Assembly (NCBI GenBank): GCA_041690595.1
Contig: JAWLHB010000047.1
Span: 1-64,000, forward strand
Source: Lentisphaeria bacterium
Lineage (GTDB): Bacteria; Verrucomicrobiota; Lentisphaeria; JABSQK01; JAWLHB01
Length of the DNA stretch: 64,000 nt
Direction of reading: 5' to 3'
Part shown: piece by piece, positions 38,475 through 49,324 of the stretch
Layout: each line of letters starts with the position of its first letter
Position numbering within the stretch: the first letter of the stretch is position 1
The notes under the pieces: model-generated
Seen by the model: only the letters and a program-made list of their open reading frames with translations
Database searches by the model: none
Told to the model about the DNA's origin: nothing
Made by a program: the position numbers and the translations under genes

Positions 38475-39262
38475 ATCGCATTGACCGTACTTTCGCCTCG
38501 GGGCGAAAGGTTTTCATACCGTACATCACCGCCGGCTATCCGAGTGTAGCGGAGACGGTGAAGATCATGCACCTGCTGGTGTCTGAGGGGGCGGACATCC
38601 TGGAGCTGGGGTATCCGTTCAGTGATCCGACCGCGGACGGCCCGGTAATCCAGAAGTCTTCGCAGCAGGCGCTGGTCAACGGCTTCAAGCGGGAAAGCTA
38701 CTTCCGAATTCTGGAGGAGTTCCGCGGGCAGGACAGCGAGACACCGGTCATCATCTTCAGCTACTACAATCCGATCTTCAACATGGGTGTCGAGGCGTTC
38801 GCGGCGCGGGCCGCGGCAGCGGGTGCCGATGGCATGCTGATCGTGGACGTACCGTTCGAGGAGCAGCAGCAGGTGCGCCCCATACTCGATGCGCTCGGCA
38901 TGCATCTGATCCAGTTGATCGCGCCGACGACGCCGGCAGCACGCGCCAAGCAGATCGTGGAGCAGGCATCGGGCTTCATCTACCAGATTGCGCGCCGTGG
39001 CGTGACTGGGGTTCGGAGCGATCTTTCAAGCGACGCGGCTGAGAACGCAGCGGCGATCAAAGCGCTGACGGATCTGCCGGTGGCACTGGGCTTCGGGGTC
39101 TCGTCTCCGGAGCAGGCGGGTGCAATTGCGAAGTACGCGGACGGGGTCGTGGTCGGGAGCGCGATTGTGAAGGAACTGAGTGACCGGCTGCCTGACTACG
39201 AGGAAGCGTTGGCGAAGCTGGTGCGTGAGCTGGCGGAAGCTATTCATAGCGGCGATGCATAG
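38471..39262 (+). CDS. trpA: Tryptophan synthase alpha chain
   Basis: [27 protein letters not shown] and ADGVVVGSA motifs; ATGA overlap with trpB. Confidence 0.97.
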   Translation: MNRIDRTFASGRKVFIPYITAGYPSVAETVKIMHLLVSEGADILELGYPFSDPTADGPVIQKSSQQALVNGFKRESYFRILEEFRGQDSETPVIIFSYYNPIFNMGVEAFAARAAAAGADGMLIVDVPFEEQQQVRPILDALGMHLIQLIAPTTPAARAKQIVEQASGFIYQIARRGVTGVRSDLSSDAAENAAAIKALTDLPVALGFGVSSPEQAGAIAKYADGVVVGSAIVKELSDRLPDYEEALAKLVRELAEAIHSGDA

Positions 39263-39298
39263 AGGTATCATCGTCGGTATCGAGGGAAGGAGGCATGG

Positions 39299-39865
39299 GT
39301 GTCGAGCGAGCATATTCTATTGATTGGGCCGCGAGCATGCGGGAAATCGACGGTGGCGCTTTCCCTGCGTGACTTCCTGCCCGGGTGGCGAGCTTACGAT
39401 CTTGACATGCAGTATGACGAGCGCAGCCGCAAGAGTTCTCAGTTGATGGTGCATGCGGAAGACTACTACAACACCTCGCGTGAGATCCTGCTGCAGAACC
39501 TTCGCGTTCGGCACGCGGTTACGGCACTGGCCAGCGGTACCTTGATCAACCCAAAGCATCCATTGGGAGATCTCGACCTGCTGATCACCTGCAAGAAGGC
39601 GGCGACGCTGGTGCTGCTGCTGCCAACCAAGTTCGACTGGCGTAACCGGCGAATCCTGTATCAGCGTGAGCTGGAGCGATCCTACAACATGCCGAGAAAT
39701 GCGTTGGCCAAGTTGCAGGAAACAACGTATAATCACTATGATAAGCGGATCACGTTTTTCCATGACGCGGCGGATTTCACGGTTTATGGCAGCAATGCCG
39801 AACGTATAGCGCGCCGCATCATCAAGCGCTTCAACCTGCAGCCGACAGTGAGTGATCAGGCATGA
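39299..39865 (+). CDS. P-loop kinase, shikimate-kinase-like (divergent)
   Basis: LLIGPRACGKST Walker A and DLD motif; GGAGG RBS. Confidence 0.65.
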   Translation: MSSEHILLIGPRACGKSTVALSLRDFLPGWRAYDLDMQYDERSRKSSQLMVHAEDYYNTSREILLQNLRVRHAVTALASGTLINPKHPLGDLDLLITCKKAATLVLLLPTKFDWRNRRILYQRELERSYNMPRNALAKLQETTYNHYDKRITFFHDAADFTVYGSNAERIARRIIKRFNLQPTVSDQA

Positions 39866-40596
39866 GAATAGGCGTCATGGGCGATATTCATTCCAATCTG
39901 GCCGCCCTGACGCGGGTGGTGACCTATCTGCGCAGCGAGAAGTGCATGAAGATCATCTGCCTGGGCGATATCGTGGGCTATGGTCCGCGCCCGCAGGAAT
40001 GCGTGGATCTGGTGAAGGGGTACAAGATGCCGACGGTGATGGGGAACCATGACGACTGGATCGGCAACTACCTGCGGATCGCCGGCACGAGTGCGGAGGT
40101 GCGCAACATGATCATCTGGACGAAGAAGCATCTGACGCCGGAGGCCGTAGAGTTCCTGAGGAGCCTGCCGAACCGCGGCAGCTATGGGGGGATCGACTAT
40201 GTTCATGCTTCGAATGCGCCGGACAACCGATACTGGCCGTACGTGCGTGATCTGCCGAGCCTGGAAGAGAATTTTCGGCATCAAAAGACGAAGGTCTGTT
40301 TCCACGGGCACACGCATCGTCCGGCGCTGGGTGTATGCTACGAGGAAGAGACGCCTTATTTTGCGCAGCTTTCCGACGTACATTTCCTTGAAGAGGGCTG
40401 CCGGTACCTGATCAATCCAGGTTCAGTCGGGCAGCCACGCGATGGGGATCCGCGAGCGTCGTGCGCGATTTACGACAGCAAGGACCAGTCGATCAGCTTC
40501 ATGCGGCTCGACTATGACATCGCCCGCACCCAAGAAGAGATGGTGGCCGCAGGCCTTCCGGAACCTTACTGCAAGCGACTGGCGCTGGGGAAATAG
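39862..40596 (+). CDS. Calcineurin-like metallophosphoesterase
   Basis: GDIHSN, LGDIVGYG, GNHD, GHTH and NPGSVGQPRDG motifs. Confidence 0.92.
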   Translation: MRIGVMGDIHSNLAALTRVVTYLRSEKCMKIICLGDIVGYGPRPQECVDLVKGYKMPTVMGNHDDWIGNYLRIAGTSAEVRNMIIWTKKHLTPEAVEFLRSLPNRGSYGGIDYVHASNAPDNRYWPYVRDLPSLEENFRHQKTKVCFHGHTHRPALGVCYEEETPYFAQLSDVHFLEEGCRYLINPGSVGQPRDGDPRASCAIYDSKDQSISFMRLDYDIARTQEEMVAAGLPEPYCKRLALGK

Positions 40597-40634
40597 AGGT
40601 CGCACCTCGACTGCGCGGAGAGCGAACGGGCAGC

Positions 40635-41486
40635 TTAGCCTTTCTGGAAGGAAACGATGCCGAACATGCCCTCGGTATTGCTGGTGGGAGGGTCGCCAAG
40701 ATACATGCGGGCAGTGCGATAGCATTCGGTCATGTTGAAGCGACCAGCAAGGAGGACGGCATCACGGTTGGACTCGGGAATATCAATGTAGACCCAGTCG
40801 TTGGCGTCGGCAACCATGGAAAGACGCCGATAGAGGCGTTCGGCAACGCCGCCGTTGTCCGCGAAGAGCGGTCCGATCTGCCAGCCTTCGCGGCAGGGGC
40901 GGATGACGCCATAACCGCAGAGGTGATCTCCAAGCTTGATGGCAAAGGCAGAGACGCGCGGCATGCCGAACCAGGATTTGAGGAAGGCGCCGCGGGTGGC
41001 GGGGAAGAAACGCCGGTCATACTCCTCGATCTCCTCGAAAGGGAGATCGCCGGCAGCCATGAGGCCATCTTCGTCATGAATGACGAGACCACCGGGGCAT
41101 CGATAATGGATGTTGGTATGGACAGTCTTGAAGCCGGCCTGAAGATAGTTGTCCTGCTCCGACAAGGCACAGTCAAAACCGACAACGCGCCCATCGAGGC
41201 GCTTGAGCGCAGCTTCCCACAGACGGAGATCATAGCCTCTGCCGCGTTGCGCGCGGGCAACGAGGTGGTAACCAAGGTAGCCGAATGAGTCGCCAATGGA
41301 AAGCGCGGAGATGCAACCGACCGGCCGATCATCGAGCAAGCCGATGAGGAACGCATCGGGGTCAGCATCGATGAAGGTGACGCCATCGTTTAATCCAGGG
41401 TTCCATCCTTCTTTGACGGCGAGTTCTACAGCGCTTGGCACCTCCTCACGTTTCATGGGGCGAATGGAAAAACCTGCATCTTGCAT
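40635..41486 (-). CDS. GNAT-family N-acetyltransferase (YitH-like, two domains)
   Basis: EGWNPG, QRGRGY acetyl-CoA loop, IGPLFAD and TARMY motifs; start re-chosen at ATG 41486. Confidence 0.85.
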   Translation of the reverse strand: MQDAGFSIRPMKREEVPSAVELAVKEGWNPGLNDGVTFIDADPDAFLIGLLDDRPVGCISALSIGDSFGYLGYHLVARAQRGRGYDLRLWEAALKRLDGRVVGFDCALSEQDNYLQAGFKTVHTNIHYRCPGGLVIHDEDGLMAAGDLPFEEIEEYDRRFFPATRGAFLKSWFGMPRVSAFAIKLGDHLCGYGVIRPCREGWQIGPLFADNGGVAERLYRRLSMVADANDWVYIDIPESNRDAVLLAGRFNMTECYRTARMYLGDPPTSNTEGMFGIVSFQKG

Positions 41487-41688
41487 ATCTGAACCTCTTG
41501 ATGGTATAGGTGACTTGACGTCATGCAGCTCTCTCCCCAACAGTGCAACACAACGGTTTACTATAGCAGCAAAGTCGGTTGAATTGCGAGCATGCCACCC
41601 AACAAAACGCTCCTGCGATCACTCACGGGCTCAATCTTAGAGGCAGTCTATCACTGTGAGGAGCAGGTATTTCAAAGAAAGGATGACA

Positions 41689-41916
41689 ATGAAGCGCTGC
41701 AGTGAATGCCACAAACCGGTACCAGAAGAAGGGGGAGGCTACGTGGCGAGAGCCAGCGACGCATATCTGGGGGATCCGAAGCCGCAATTCGTCTGCGCGA
41801 AGTGCCTGAACAAGGCGGAGGCGGGGCTGCGACGCGCGGTGATGTTCGTCATCTACTTTCTCTTCTTCCTTTCAGCACTGTACATGCTGTGGGGGGAGAA
41901 CGGGCTGCTGCGTTAG
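41689..41916 (+). CDS. Small Zn-finger protein with C-terminal TM helix
   Basis: CSEC...CAKC followed by a hydrophobic tail; AAAGGA RBS. Confidence 0.65.
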   Translation: MKRCSECHKPVPEEGGGYVARASDAYLGDPKPQFVCAKCLNKAEAGLRRAVMFVIYFLFFLSALYMLWGENGLLR

Positions 41917-41941
41917 CGGGGCGTACGCTGGTGCGGCGGCA

Positions 41942-44797
41942 TCAGGAATCGAGAACTTGGCGAAGGGTCTGGGTGAGTTGGGCAAGCGTGAAAGGCTTGT
42001 GGAGAAAGCTATCGAAGCCGCGACGCAAGGCCTCCTGCTCGCCAATAAGCTCGTTGTAGCCGGTCCAGAGGATGACGGGCAGGCGAGGAAGCTCCTGGCG
42101 GATCCGCTCGGCGAGTTCGAGGCCAGTCATGTGCGGCATGGTCAGGTCGGTCAAGACGATATCGAACTGGTCGGGATGCTGCAGGACGAGTTGGAGGGCA
42201 TCGGTGCTGTCGGTCCTGCTGGTGACGTCGTAACCGAGCGAGGCAAGGAGTTCGGCAGCCATGCTGGTAATGGCTGCTTCATCGTCAACGAGAAGAACGC
42301 GTTCATGTCCGCGCAACAAGGAGCGATTGCTGTCGACAGTGATCTGTTCGGCAGCCTGGTGGAGGGGCAGCCGCACGATGAAGGTGGTTCCATGGCCGAC
42401 CTGGCTTTGAACTTCGATGGCGCCGCCGCACCGACTGACGATTCCATGAACAACAGCCAGCCCCATACCGCTCCCCTCCCCTCGCGGCTTGGTCGTGAAA
42501 TAGGGTTCGAAGATGCGCTCGCGGATGGACTCCTCGATTCCGTAGCCGGTATCGCTGACCGCCAGCCGCACAAAGTCGCCGGAGTTATCCTGCTCGGCGC
42601 AGCTTTCGGTAGACAGGCTGATGGTGAGGATGCCACCCTTGTCGCGCATGGCATGATGCGCGTTGGTGCAAAGGTTCATGAGGATCTGGTGCAGCTGCGT
42701 GTGATCGGCAAGCACAGTGGCCTGCCGAGCACGGAGGTCGTGGCGAATCTCGATGGTGGAGGGCAGCGACGCGCGGATGAACCTGATGGTTTCCTTGACG
42801 ATCGGGATCAGCTCGATGGGAGTGGCGGCTTCCTCGCTTCTCCGACTGACGAGGAGAATCTGGGCAACCAGATCGCGGGCACGATCGCTGGCGAGGCGTG
42901 CCTGTTCGATGTAGCGGTCAACGTCCTGCCGCGTGGAGACCTGGCGCTGGGCCAGTTGGAGGGAACCACTGATGACGGTAAGGATGTTGTTGAAGTCATG
43001 TGCGATACCGCCGGCAAGGGTGCCGATGGCTTCCATCTTCTGGGCATGGCGCAGATGGCGCTCGAGTTGGCGCTCCTTGGTGACATCGCGGGTTACGGCT
43101 ACGTAGGCGACGATGCCGCCATCGGCATCGCGGACGGGTGAGATGGTGGCATCCACCTCCATGAGGGCACCGTTCTTCCGGCGGTTGGTAAAACTGCCGC
43201 AGTAGACGTTGCCCGAGGAAAGCACCTGCCACATGCGGGCGTAGTTTTCGGGAGGAGTCTGCCCGCTGGCGAGGATGGAGGGTTTTCTGCCCAGGGCGTC
43301 GTCGCGGGAATAGCCCGTTTCCCGTTCGAAGGCGGGATTGACGTACTGAATGAGGCCGCCGGCGTCGGTGATGAAGATGATTTCCGCAGCCTGTTCGACG
43401 GCGGCGCTGAGGCGGGCGCGCTCCGCCTCCTCCGCTTTGCGTGCCGACATGTCGCGCGCAATGGAAAGGACCTGAGGCTTGCCTTGCAGGCGGAAGAGAC
43501 GGCTGCTGATTTCGACTGGAAGATCGCGCCCGGAGGCGGTGCGATGACGGGTCTCGTAGACCACGGGTCCGCTCTGTCTCAGCTCGCGGAAATGGGCGGC
43601 AAGCGCCTCTGGCGAGCGACCGACGTCGACATCAGAAAGGGTCATCTGCATCAACTGGTAGCGGGAGTAGCCGAGCATCTCGCCTGCCCTGTCATTGATC
43701 TGCACAAAGGGTCCCGGTGAACCGTCGTCCTCGACGGAGTGCATATAGACGGCATCGGAGGCGGCGTTGAAAAGCTGCCGATGCACTTCCTCGCTGGCGC
43801 GGAGGGCTGCTTCGGTTCGCTTTTGAGCGGAGATATCGCGATCGATGCAGTTGTAACCGATTATAGCGCCGCTTTCATCATGATCGGCGACCATGCGGGA
43901 CTGGATCCACCGCCATTCGCCATTTCGGTGCCGCAGTCGATATTCCAGTTCACAGCGGACGACCATGTTATCGGAGGCATTCAGGAATGATTCGAGCTGC
44001 TTGTGGTCATCGGGATGAATCATCTCGCGCCAGAAGTGCGGCTGGTTGTGGAGTTCCACGAGATCGTAACCGGTGATCATGGCGCAGGCAGCATTGCGGG
44101 GGAGAATGCGGCCGTCAAGCCCTCGGTAGTAGATCATGTCATCGACGCTGTCGAGGAAACCGCGGAGATCCTGCTCGGCATGGAAGTGTTCGCGTTCGAG
44201 CTGCCTTCGGTAAAGCGCGAAAGCGAGATCTCCCGCCATCTCCGTGAAGAGAGAGAGTTCCTCGTCGAAGGGTTCGGCGCAGGCGACGGCAAGGACGCCA
44301 TAAAGTTCTCCATGGAAAGCGAGTCGTCGCCCCATGAGGCATGGCGCATGTAAGTCTGTGACCGGGACTCCTTCCGCGATCAGCACGTCGCGAGAGAGCA
44401 CCTGCACCTCGTCGTGGTCAACCATCTGTCTCCAGCCTGGTGGTGGGCCGTCTTCCTGGAAATGACGACGCAGAAAGAGGGCATCGCAGCCGGCTCCACT
44501 GACGGCAGTGATGCCATGCTTTTCGGTCGTGAGGTAGCCCCAGGCGAGCGGGTAGCCGAGGATTTCGATGACGCAGTCGCATACGCCTTCGAGGAGGGTG
44601 AGCGGGTCGAGGTCGGAGACGATCAGGCGATTGACCTGGCGAACACCACGTAACATACGGTTGAGGTAGTGGAGCTTCCTCGGATCAGCGATCTCCGTGT
44701 GTGTGGTCGCAGGAGCCAGGCGATCCCGCGACTCTTCGCGGGCCGTGGACAATGCTGCCGCGCGTGCAATACGTTCATCTGCTTGTTGCTCGTGCAC
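41942..44797 (-). CDS. Hybrid sensor histidine kinase (GAF-like, 3 PAS, HisKA, HATPase, receiver)
   Basis: GGIAHDFNN H-box, NLCTNA, DTGYG, FEPYFTTK, GMGL; receiver LVDDE, TDLTMP and KPF. Confidence 0.93.
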   Translation of the reverse strand: MHEQQADERIARAAALSTAREESRDRLAPATTHTEIADPRKLHYLNRMLRGVRQVNRLIVSDLDPLTLLEGVCDCVIEILGYPLAWGYLTTEKHGITAVSGAGCDALFLRRHFQEDGPPPGWRQMVDHDEVQVLSRDVLIAEGVPVTDLHAPCLMGRRLAFHGELYGVLAVACAEPFDEELSLFTEMAGDLAFALYRRQLEREHFHAEQDLRGFLDSVDDMIYYRGLDGRILPRNAACAMITGYDLVELHNQPHFWREMIHPDDHKQLESFLNASDNMVVRCELEYRLRHRNGEWRWIQSRMVADHDESGAIIGYNCIDRDISAQKRTEAALRASEEVHRQLFNAASDAVYMHSVEDDGSPGPFVQINDRAGEMLGYSRYQLMQMTLSDVDVGRSPEALAAHFRELRQSGPVVYETRHRTASGRDLPVEISSRLFRLQGKPQVLSIARDMSARKAEEAERARLSAAVEQAAEIIFITDAGGLIQYVNPAFERETGYSRDDALGRKPSILASGQTPPENYARMWQVLSSGNVYCGSFTNRRKNGALMEVDATISPVRDADGGIVAYVAVTRDVTKERQLERHLRHAQKMEAIGTLAGGIAHDFNNILTVISGSLQLAQRQVSTRQDVDRYIEQARLASDRARDLVAQILLVSRRSEEAATPIELIPIVKETIRFIRASLPSTIEIRHDLRARQATVLADHTQLHQILMNLCTNAHHAMRDKGGILTISLSTESCAEQDNSGDFVRLAVSDTGYGIEESIRERIFEPYFTTKPRGEGSGMGLAVVHGIVSRCGGAIEVQSQVGHGTTFIVRLPLHQAAEQITVDSNRSLLRGHERVLLVDDEAAITSMAAELLASLGYDVTSRTDSTDALQLVLQHPDQFDIVLTDLTMPHMTGLELAERIRQELPRLPVILWTGYNELIGEQEALRRGFDSFLHKPFTLAQLTQTLRQVLDS

Positions 44798-44901
44798 CTG
44801 TACTCACAACCTCCAGCTCGTGGCTAATATGACGAGAAGTCATGAGTAGACAAGCAGTAGGGATAAAAAAGGGTGAAGATGGATAAGATGACGATACTGG
44901 C

Positions 44902-45510
44902 TCAAAGAGCACGCCGCAGGGACTCAGCGACAAGGCGCCCGAGCGCGCGTTGTCCGGTTTCATTGTAGTGATAGCCGTCCAGAGAGCGCCAGCTGTCCTG
45001 GTTGACGGCGGCGGCATAAAGATCGTTGACGGGGATGCCAACTTCGCTGATGCGTTGGCCAGCCACGGCGTTGCGCTGGAGGACCATGGGGTTCTTATCC
45101 ATGCAGAGTCTGGCGGGTTCGTCGCGGACGGTGACGGGCGTGGACATGGCCCAGATCAGCTGGCTGCTCGGGCGAAGCTGGCGGAGGTTGGCAAGCAAGG
45201 CGGCAACGCCGATTCCATACTCCTCCGTGGTCAAGTGCCAGCCATGGAGACCGTTGTTGACATGAATGATGCGATGGTCATAGCCATCCATGACGTAGGC
45301 AATTTCACGCAGCAGGGCGGGATCATCGATCGCTTTGGAGGTTGCCATGAGGTCGACGTTGGCAATCCCCTTCAGCTCTCTGACGACAGCCTGATGGTAG
45401 CTGTTGGCAATGGAGTCGCCAATGAGCAGGACCCGGGGGAGGGTAAGGTCGGGCGCCTCTTCCCAACGGAAATTACACCATTCGATGGTCTCGCGAGAAG
45501 TGGTTTTCAT
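44902..45510 (-). CDS. SGNH/GDSL-family hydrolase
   Basis: LIGDSI, NNGLHG and DGYHY motifs; start re-chosen at ATG 45510. Confidence 0.88.
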   Translation of the reverse strand: MKTTSRETIEWCNFRWEEAPDLTLPRVLLIGDSIANSYHQAVVRELKGIANVDLMATSKAIDDPALLREIAYVMDGYDHRIIHVNNGLHGWHLTTEEYGIGVAALLANLRQLRPSSQLIWAMSTPVTVRDEPARLCMDKNPMVLQRNAVAGQRISEVGIPVNDLYAAAVNQDSWRSLDGYHYNETGQRALGRLVAESLRRAL

Positions 45511-45584
45511 GGCGCGGAATCTGCCATGAATTCGGCTGAGTGCAAGTGGAGCTGAGGTTTCTCGTGAAAGCGCGAAAGCGTGGA

Positions 45585-47015
45585 TCAGTCGACGTTGGCG
45601 AAGGAAATGTGGCGCGGTTCGAGAAATGCGAGGAGCCCTTCGGGGCCCAATTCGCGGCCGATGCCGCTCTGCTTCATGCCGCCGAAGGGGCATTGACTGG
45701 TGGAGGTGACACCATCGTTGATGCCGATGGTGCCGGCTTCTAGCTGCTCAGCCAGGCGCCATGCCCGGGAAAGATTGCCGGTGAAGGCATAGGCGGCCAG
45801 ACCGTACTCGGTGTCGTTGGCGCGGCGAATGGCCTCGTCTTCGGAGGTGAAGGTGAGGATGGGTGCGACGGGGGCGAAAGTCTCCACACCCATGCAGAGT
45901 GCGTCTTCGGGAACATCAACCAGCACGGCAGGCGAGAGGAAGAAGCCGCCCCCACGATCGACGGCTTCACCGCCACAGAGCAAGCGGGCGCCACGCTGCC
46001 GCGCGTCGTCAACATGAGCAAGGGCGGCAGAAAGAGCGTCTTCATTCACCAGAGGACCGATCTCGACCCCCTCGTCGAGCCCATAGCCAACCTTCATGGC
46101 CTCGACTCTCCGAACGAAGCGCTCGGTGAATGCTTCGGCAACGCTCGCCTCGACATAGATGCGATTGGCGGCGATGCAGGATTGACCGGTATTCCGGAAT
46201 TTGGCGTCGAGAGCTCCCTGCACCGCCTGGTCGATGTCGGCATCGGCAAAAACGAGAAGCGGGGCATGTCCGCCGAGTTCGAGGGAGAGGCTGGTGATGG
46301 TCTCTGCCGAGGCGGCGATGAGTTCCTTGCCAACTTCGGTGGAGCCGGTGAAGCTGACTTTGCGGCAAAGGGGATTGCGGAAGAACTCCTGAGCGATCGG
46401 CTGGGAAGGGCCGGTGACGAGTTGAAAGACTCCAGGAGGCAGGCCGGCCTGGTCAACGCATTCGGCGAGCATGATGGCACTGAGCGGTGTCTGCCGGGCA
46501 GGTCGCAGGATGACGGTGCACCCGGCAGCCAGGGCGGGGGCAACCTTGCGCGCAGCCAGCATCAGCGGAAAATTCCACGGGGGGATGGCTGCGCAGACGC
46601 CAACTGGCACCTGCATGACCATGTGACGCTTCCCGCGATCCTGCTGGGGGACCACCCGTCCGTAGATGCGGCGGGCTTCCTCGGCGAACCAGCGAAAATG
46701 GTCGATAGTGGCGCGCATTTCTGCCTGCGCCTGGGCGAGGGGTTTGCCATTTTCGCGCACAATAGTTCGGGCGATTTCGTTACTGCGCGCCTTGAGTCCC
46801 TGGGCGATGGCGAGGAGATAATCCGCACGATCGCGGGCCATCGTATGGCGCCAGGAGGCAAAGGCGGCATGCGCGTCGGCGATAGCCTGCCGGGTGCGGT
46901 CGGCGCCAATTGCCGTCACCGTGGCGAAGCTCTTGCCGGTTCCCGGATCGGTGACGGAGAAGGAGTCGTCCCCCTCTTCCCACCGGTTGTTGAGATAGAT
47001 TCTGTGAGTCTGCAT
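45585..47015 (-). CDS. gabD: NAD(P)-dependent succinate-semialdehyde dehydrogenase-like aldehyde dehydrogenase
   Basis: PWNFP, FTGSTEVG, LELGGHAP, KFRNTGQSC and PFGGMKQSGIGRE motifs. Confidence 0.85.
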   Translation of the reverse strand: MQTHRIYLNNRWEEGDDSFSVTDPGTGKSFATVTAIGADRTRQAIADAHAAFASWRHTMARDRADYLLAIAQGLKARSNEIARTIVRENGKPLAQAQAEMRATIDHFRWFAEEARRIYGRVVPQQDRGKRHMVMQVPVGVCAAIPPWNFPLMLAARKVAPALAAGCTVILRPARQTPLSAIMLAECVDQAGLPPGVFQLVTGPSQPIAQEFFRNPLCRKVSFTGSTEVGKELIAASAETITSLSLELGGHAPLLVFADADIDQAVQGALDAKFRNTGQSCIAANRIYVEASVAEAFTERFVRRVEAMKVGYGLDEGVEIGPLVNEDALSAALAHVDDARQRGARLLCGGEAVDRGGGFFLSPAVLVDVPEDALCMGVETFAPVAPILTFTSEDEAIRRANDTEYGLAAYAFTGNLSRAWRLAEQLEAGTIGINDGVTSTSQCPFGGMKQSGIGRELGPEGLLAFLEPRHISFANVD

Positions 47016-47296
47016 GCTGGCTAATCCTCTTTAGCAAGATGATGCTTCAGGCTGCTTTACTATAGCCCCCATGATGCGAATAGGCGCACTCACTGGGGGT
47101 CAAGGCATTTTGTTCGGTCACACTTTCATTTTGCGGAGGCGGGGATAAAATGAATGGAGATCGAGGGAGGCGACACGAACATGGTTGGCAGCTCGCCAAT
47201 TAATACCATGTTTGAAACTGGCGTTGGTGATGGAAGTGCGGTATTTTTACCATGCGCAGTCCACCTTCAAGACCCACTTGTGGAGACGTTCAATAG

Positions 47297-49276
47297 ATGG
47301 TGTCAGACATTGGGGCGCGGTTGCCTGATACCGTTAAGACCCCCACATTTTGGTATTGGGTTGCGATTGGCCTCCTGGCCGCCTTGACGGTGGTGGGTCA
47401 TTTGAATTATCTCCTCTTCCACGCGATTGCCGAGGGTTTGAGCATCGTGGTGGGTGCCGCGATCTTCTTGATTGTGTGGAATACTCGGCATCACATCGAG
47501 CAGGGCTACCTGCTGATCATCAGCGTGGCCTATCTGTCGGTAGCTTTTCTCGACGGCGTACACACGCTCAGCTACGGCGGAATGGGGGTCTTCCAGGAAG
47601 GAGGTACCGACCTGCCCGCCCAGCTTTGGCTGGGCGCCAGGTACCTGGAGGCTCTGACCTTGCTCAGCCTCCCGTTCCTAAACAGGTTTCGATTGGATAT
47701 TGGCCGACTGCTGGCGATTTATACTGCCATCGTGACACTCTTCCTGCTGAGCATCTTCCGCTGGGATATTTTCCCGATCTGTCACGCCGACGGGCAGCTC
47801 ACACCCTTCAAGATCGCAAGCGAGTACGTGATTATCGGCATGTTTGCCTTGTCATTGTGGGGCCTTCGGTGGATGAGCATGGACGCCCACTCGCGGCGCT
47901 ATTTGTCGACGGCTATCATTGTAACGATGATTTCCGAGATGATGTTTACGCTGTACAGCGATCCCAATGGATTGCTGAACATGATGGGACATCTGCTCAA
48001 GATCATGTCGATCTATTTTGTGTACCTGGCGCTGGTCGAGCGCGCATTGCGTCACCCCTACGATGTCCTGTTCAGCAGTCTTCAGCGACGCGAGAAGCAG
48101 TATCGAGCCCTCTTCGACACGATGAGCGAAGGCTTTGCCCTGCATGAGATCATCTGCGATGCGCAGGGAAACTGCCAGGATTATCGCTTTCTGGAGGTCA
48201 ATGCAGCTTTCGAGCAGTTGACGGGACTGAAGCGGGAGGCGGTAATCGGCAAGAGTGCCAAGGAACTCCTGCCAAAGCTGGAGCAGGCATGGATCGACCA
48301 CTATTCGGCCGTGGCTCTGACCGGTGAACCGCGACGGTTCGAGCAATACGCCGCTGAGCTTGGCAAGCATTACTCAGTGGCGGTCTACTGCCCATCGCCC
48401 GGGCAGTTTGCCACGATCTTCGCGGACGTGAGCGAAGAAAAGGAGCACCGGAGAAGGCTCGAGCAAGAGATCCAGTCGCGCCAGCAGGCTCAGGAGCAGC
48501 TTCGCGCCCTCAATGACGAGTTGGAGCAACGGGTGCGGGAGCGGACATCTCTGGCGCAGCAGCGGGCAGAGCAACTGCAGCACCTCGCCATCGCCCTCAC
48601 CAAGGCGGAGGAAGTGGAGCGACAGCGGCTGGCACGCCTGTTGCATGACGACCTGCAGCAGACCCTGGCGGCGGTCAAGTACCGACTCATGTCCCTGAAG
48701 GGGACGCTACCGGATGCGTCACCGGAAACGCTCTCCCTCCTCGCTTCCGCGGATGACCTGATTGGACAGTCCATTACCGAGTCGCGTTCGCTCAGTCATG
48801 ACCTGAGTCCATACGTGTTGCGCAGCGGCAATCTTGGCCGCATCCTGCAGTATGCCTGTGCGGAAGCGCTGGAGAAGCATGGGCTGGAGGTAGACCTGCA
48901 AATCGAGACCAACTTCCAGGCGGTAGGCGAGGCTGTCTGCGGACTTGTACTTCGGTCGACCCGCGAGCTTCTCTTCAACGTGGTGAAACATGCCTCAGTC
49001 AGCAAGGCACAGGTGCGGCTTTCGGCGGTGGACGATCATGCACTGATCGTCGTGCAGGACGCCGGTAAGGGCTTCACCCCAAAGCCAGGCGGCGAGACAG
49101 GCATGGGCCTTGGCACGATTCGCGAGCGGCTCCTGCTGATCGGCGGTCAGATGATCATCGACAGCCTGCCAGGAAGCGGTACACGCATAACCCTCCAGGT
49201 GCCGATTGAGGACGGCGAAGCGGTCGTGGTGCAGAATGGCGAAGACGCCGATGGCGAAAGTTCGCCAAGCGACTGA
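47297..49276 (+). CDS. Membrane sensor histidine kinase (MASE3-like + PAS + HisKA_3 + HATPase)
   Basis: NYLLFHAIAE, HTLSYGGMG and LTPFKIASEY membrane domain; LHDDLQQ H-box, NVVKHA, DAGKGF and GMGL. Confidence 0.9.
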   Translation: MVSDIGARLPDTVKTPTFWYWVAIGLLAALTVVGHLNYLLFHAIAEGLSIVVGAAIFLIVWNTRHHIEQGYLLIISVAYLSVAFLDGVHTLSYGGMGVFQEGGTDLPAQLWLGARYLEALTLLSLPFLNRFRLDIGRLLAIYTAIVTLFLLSIFRWDIFPICHADGQLTPFKIASEYVIIGMFALSLWGLRWMSMDAHSRRYLSTAIIVTMISEMMFTLYSDPNGLLNMMGHLLKIMSIYFVYLALVERALRHPYDVLFSSLQRREKQYRALFDTMSEGFALHEIICDAQGNCQDYRFLEVNAAFEQLTGLKREAVIGKSAKELLPKLEQAWIDHYSAVALTGEPRRFEQYAAELGKHYSVAVYCPSPGQFATIFADVSEEKEHRRRLEQEIQSRQQAQEQLRALNDELEQRVRERTSLAQQRAEQLQHLAIALTKAEEVERQRLARLLHDDLQQTLAAVKYRLMSLKGTLPDASPETLSLLASADDLIGQSITESRSLSHDLSPYVLRSGNLGRILQYACAEALEKHGLEVDLQIETNFQAVGEAVCGLVLRSTRELLFNVVKHASVSKAQVRLSAVDDHALIVVQDAGKGFTPKPGGETGMGLGTIRERLLLIGGQMIIDSLPGSGTRITLQVPIEDGEAVVVQNGEDADGESSPSD

Positions 49277-49324
49277 CGACAAACCCTCCTGCTGAAACGC
49301 CACAAGCAGTTTGCCGGCACCAGC

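Noticed and set aside
41942..49276. Novel two-component system formed by the two kinases
   Set aside because: Both architectures are common, they are separated by unrelated genes, and no cognate stand-alone response regulator is in the window.
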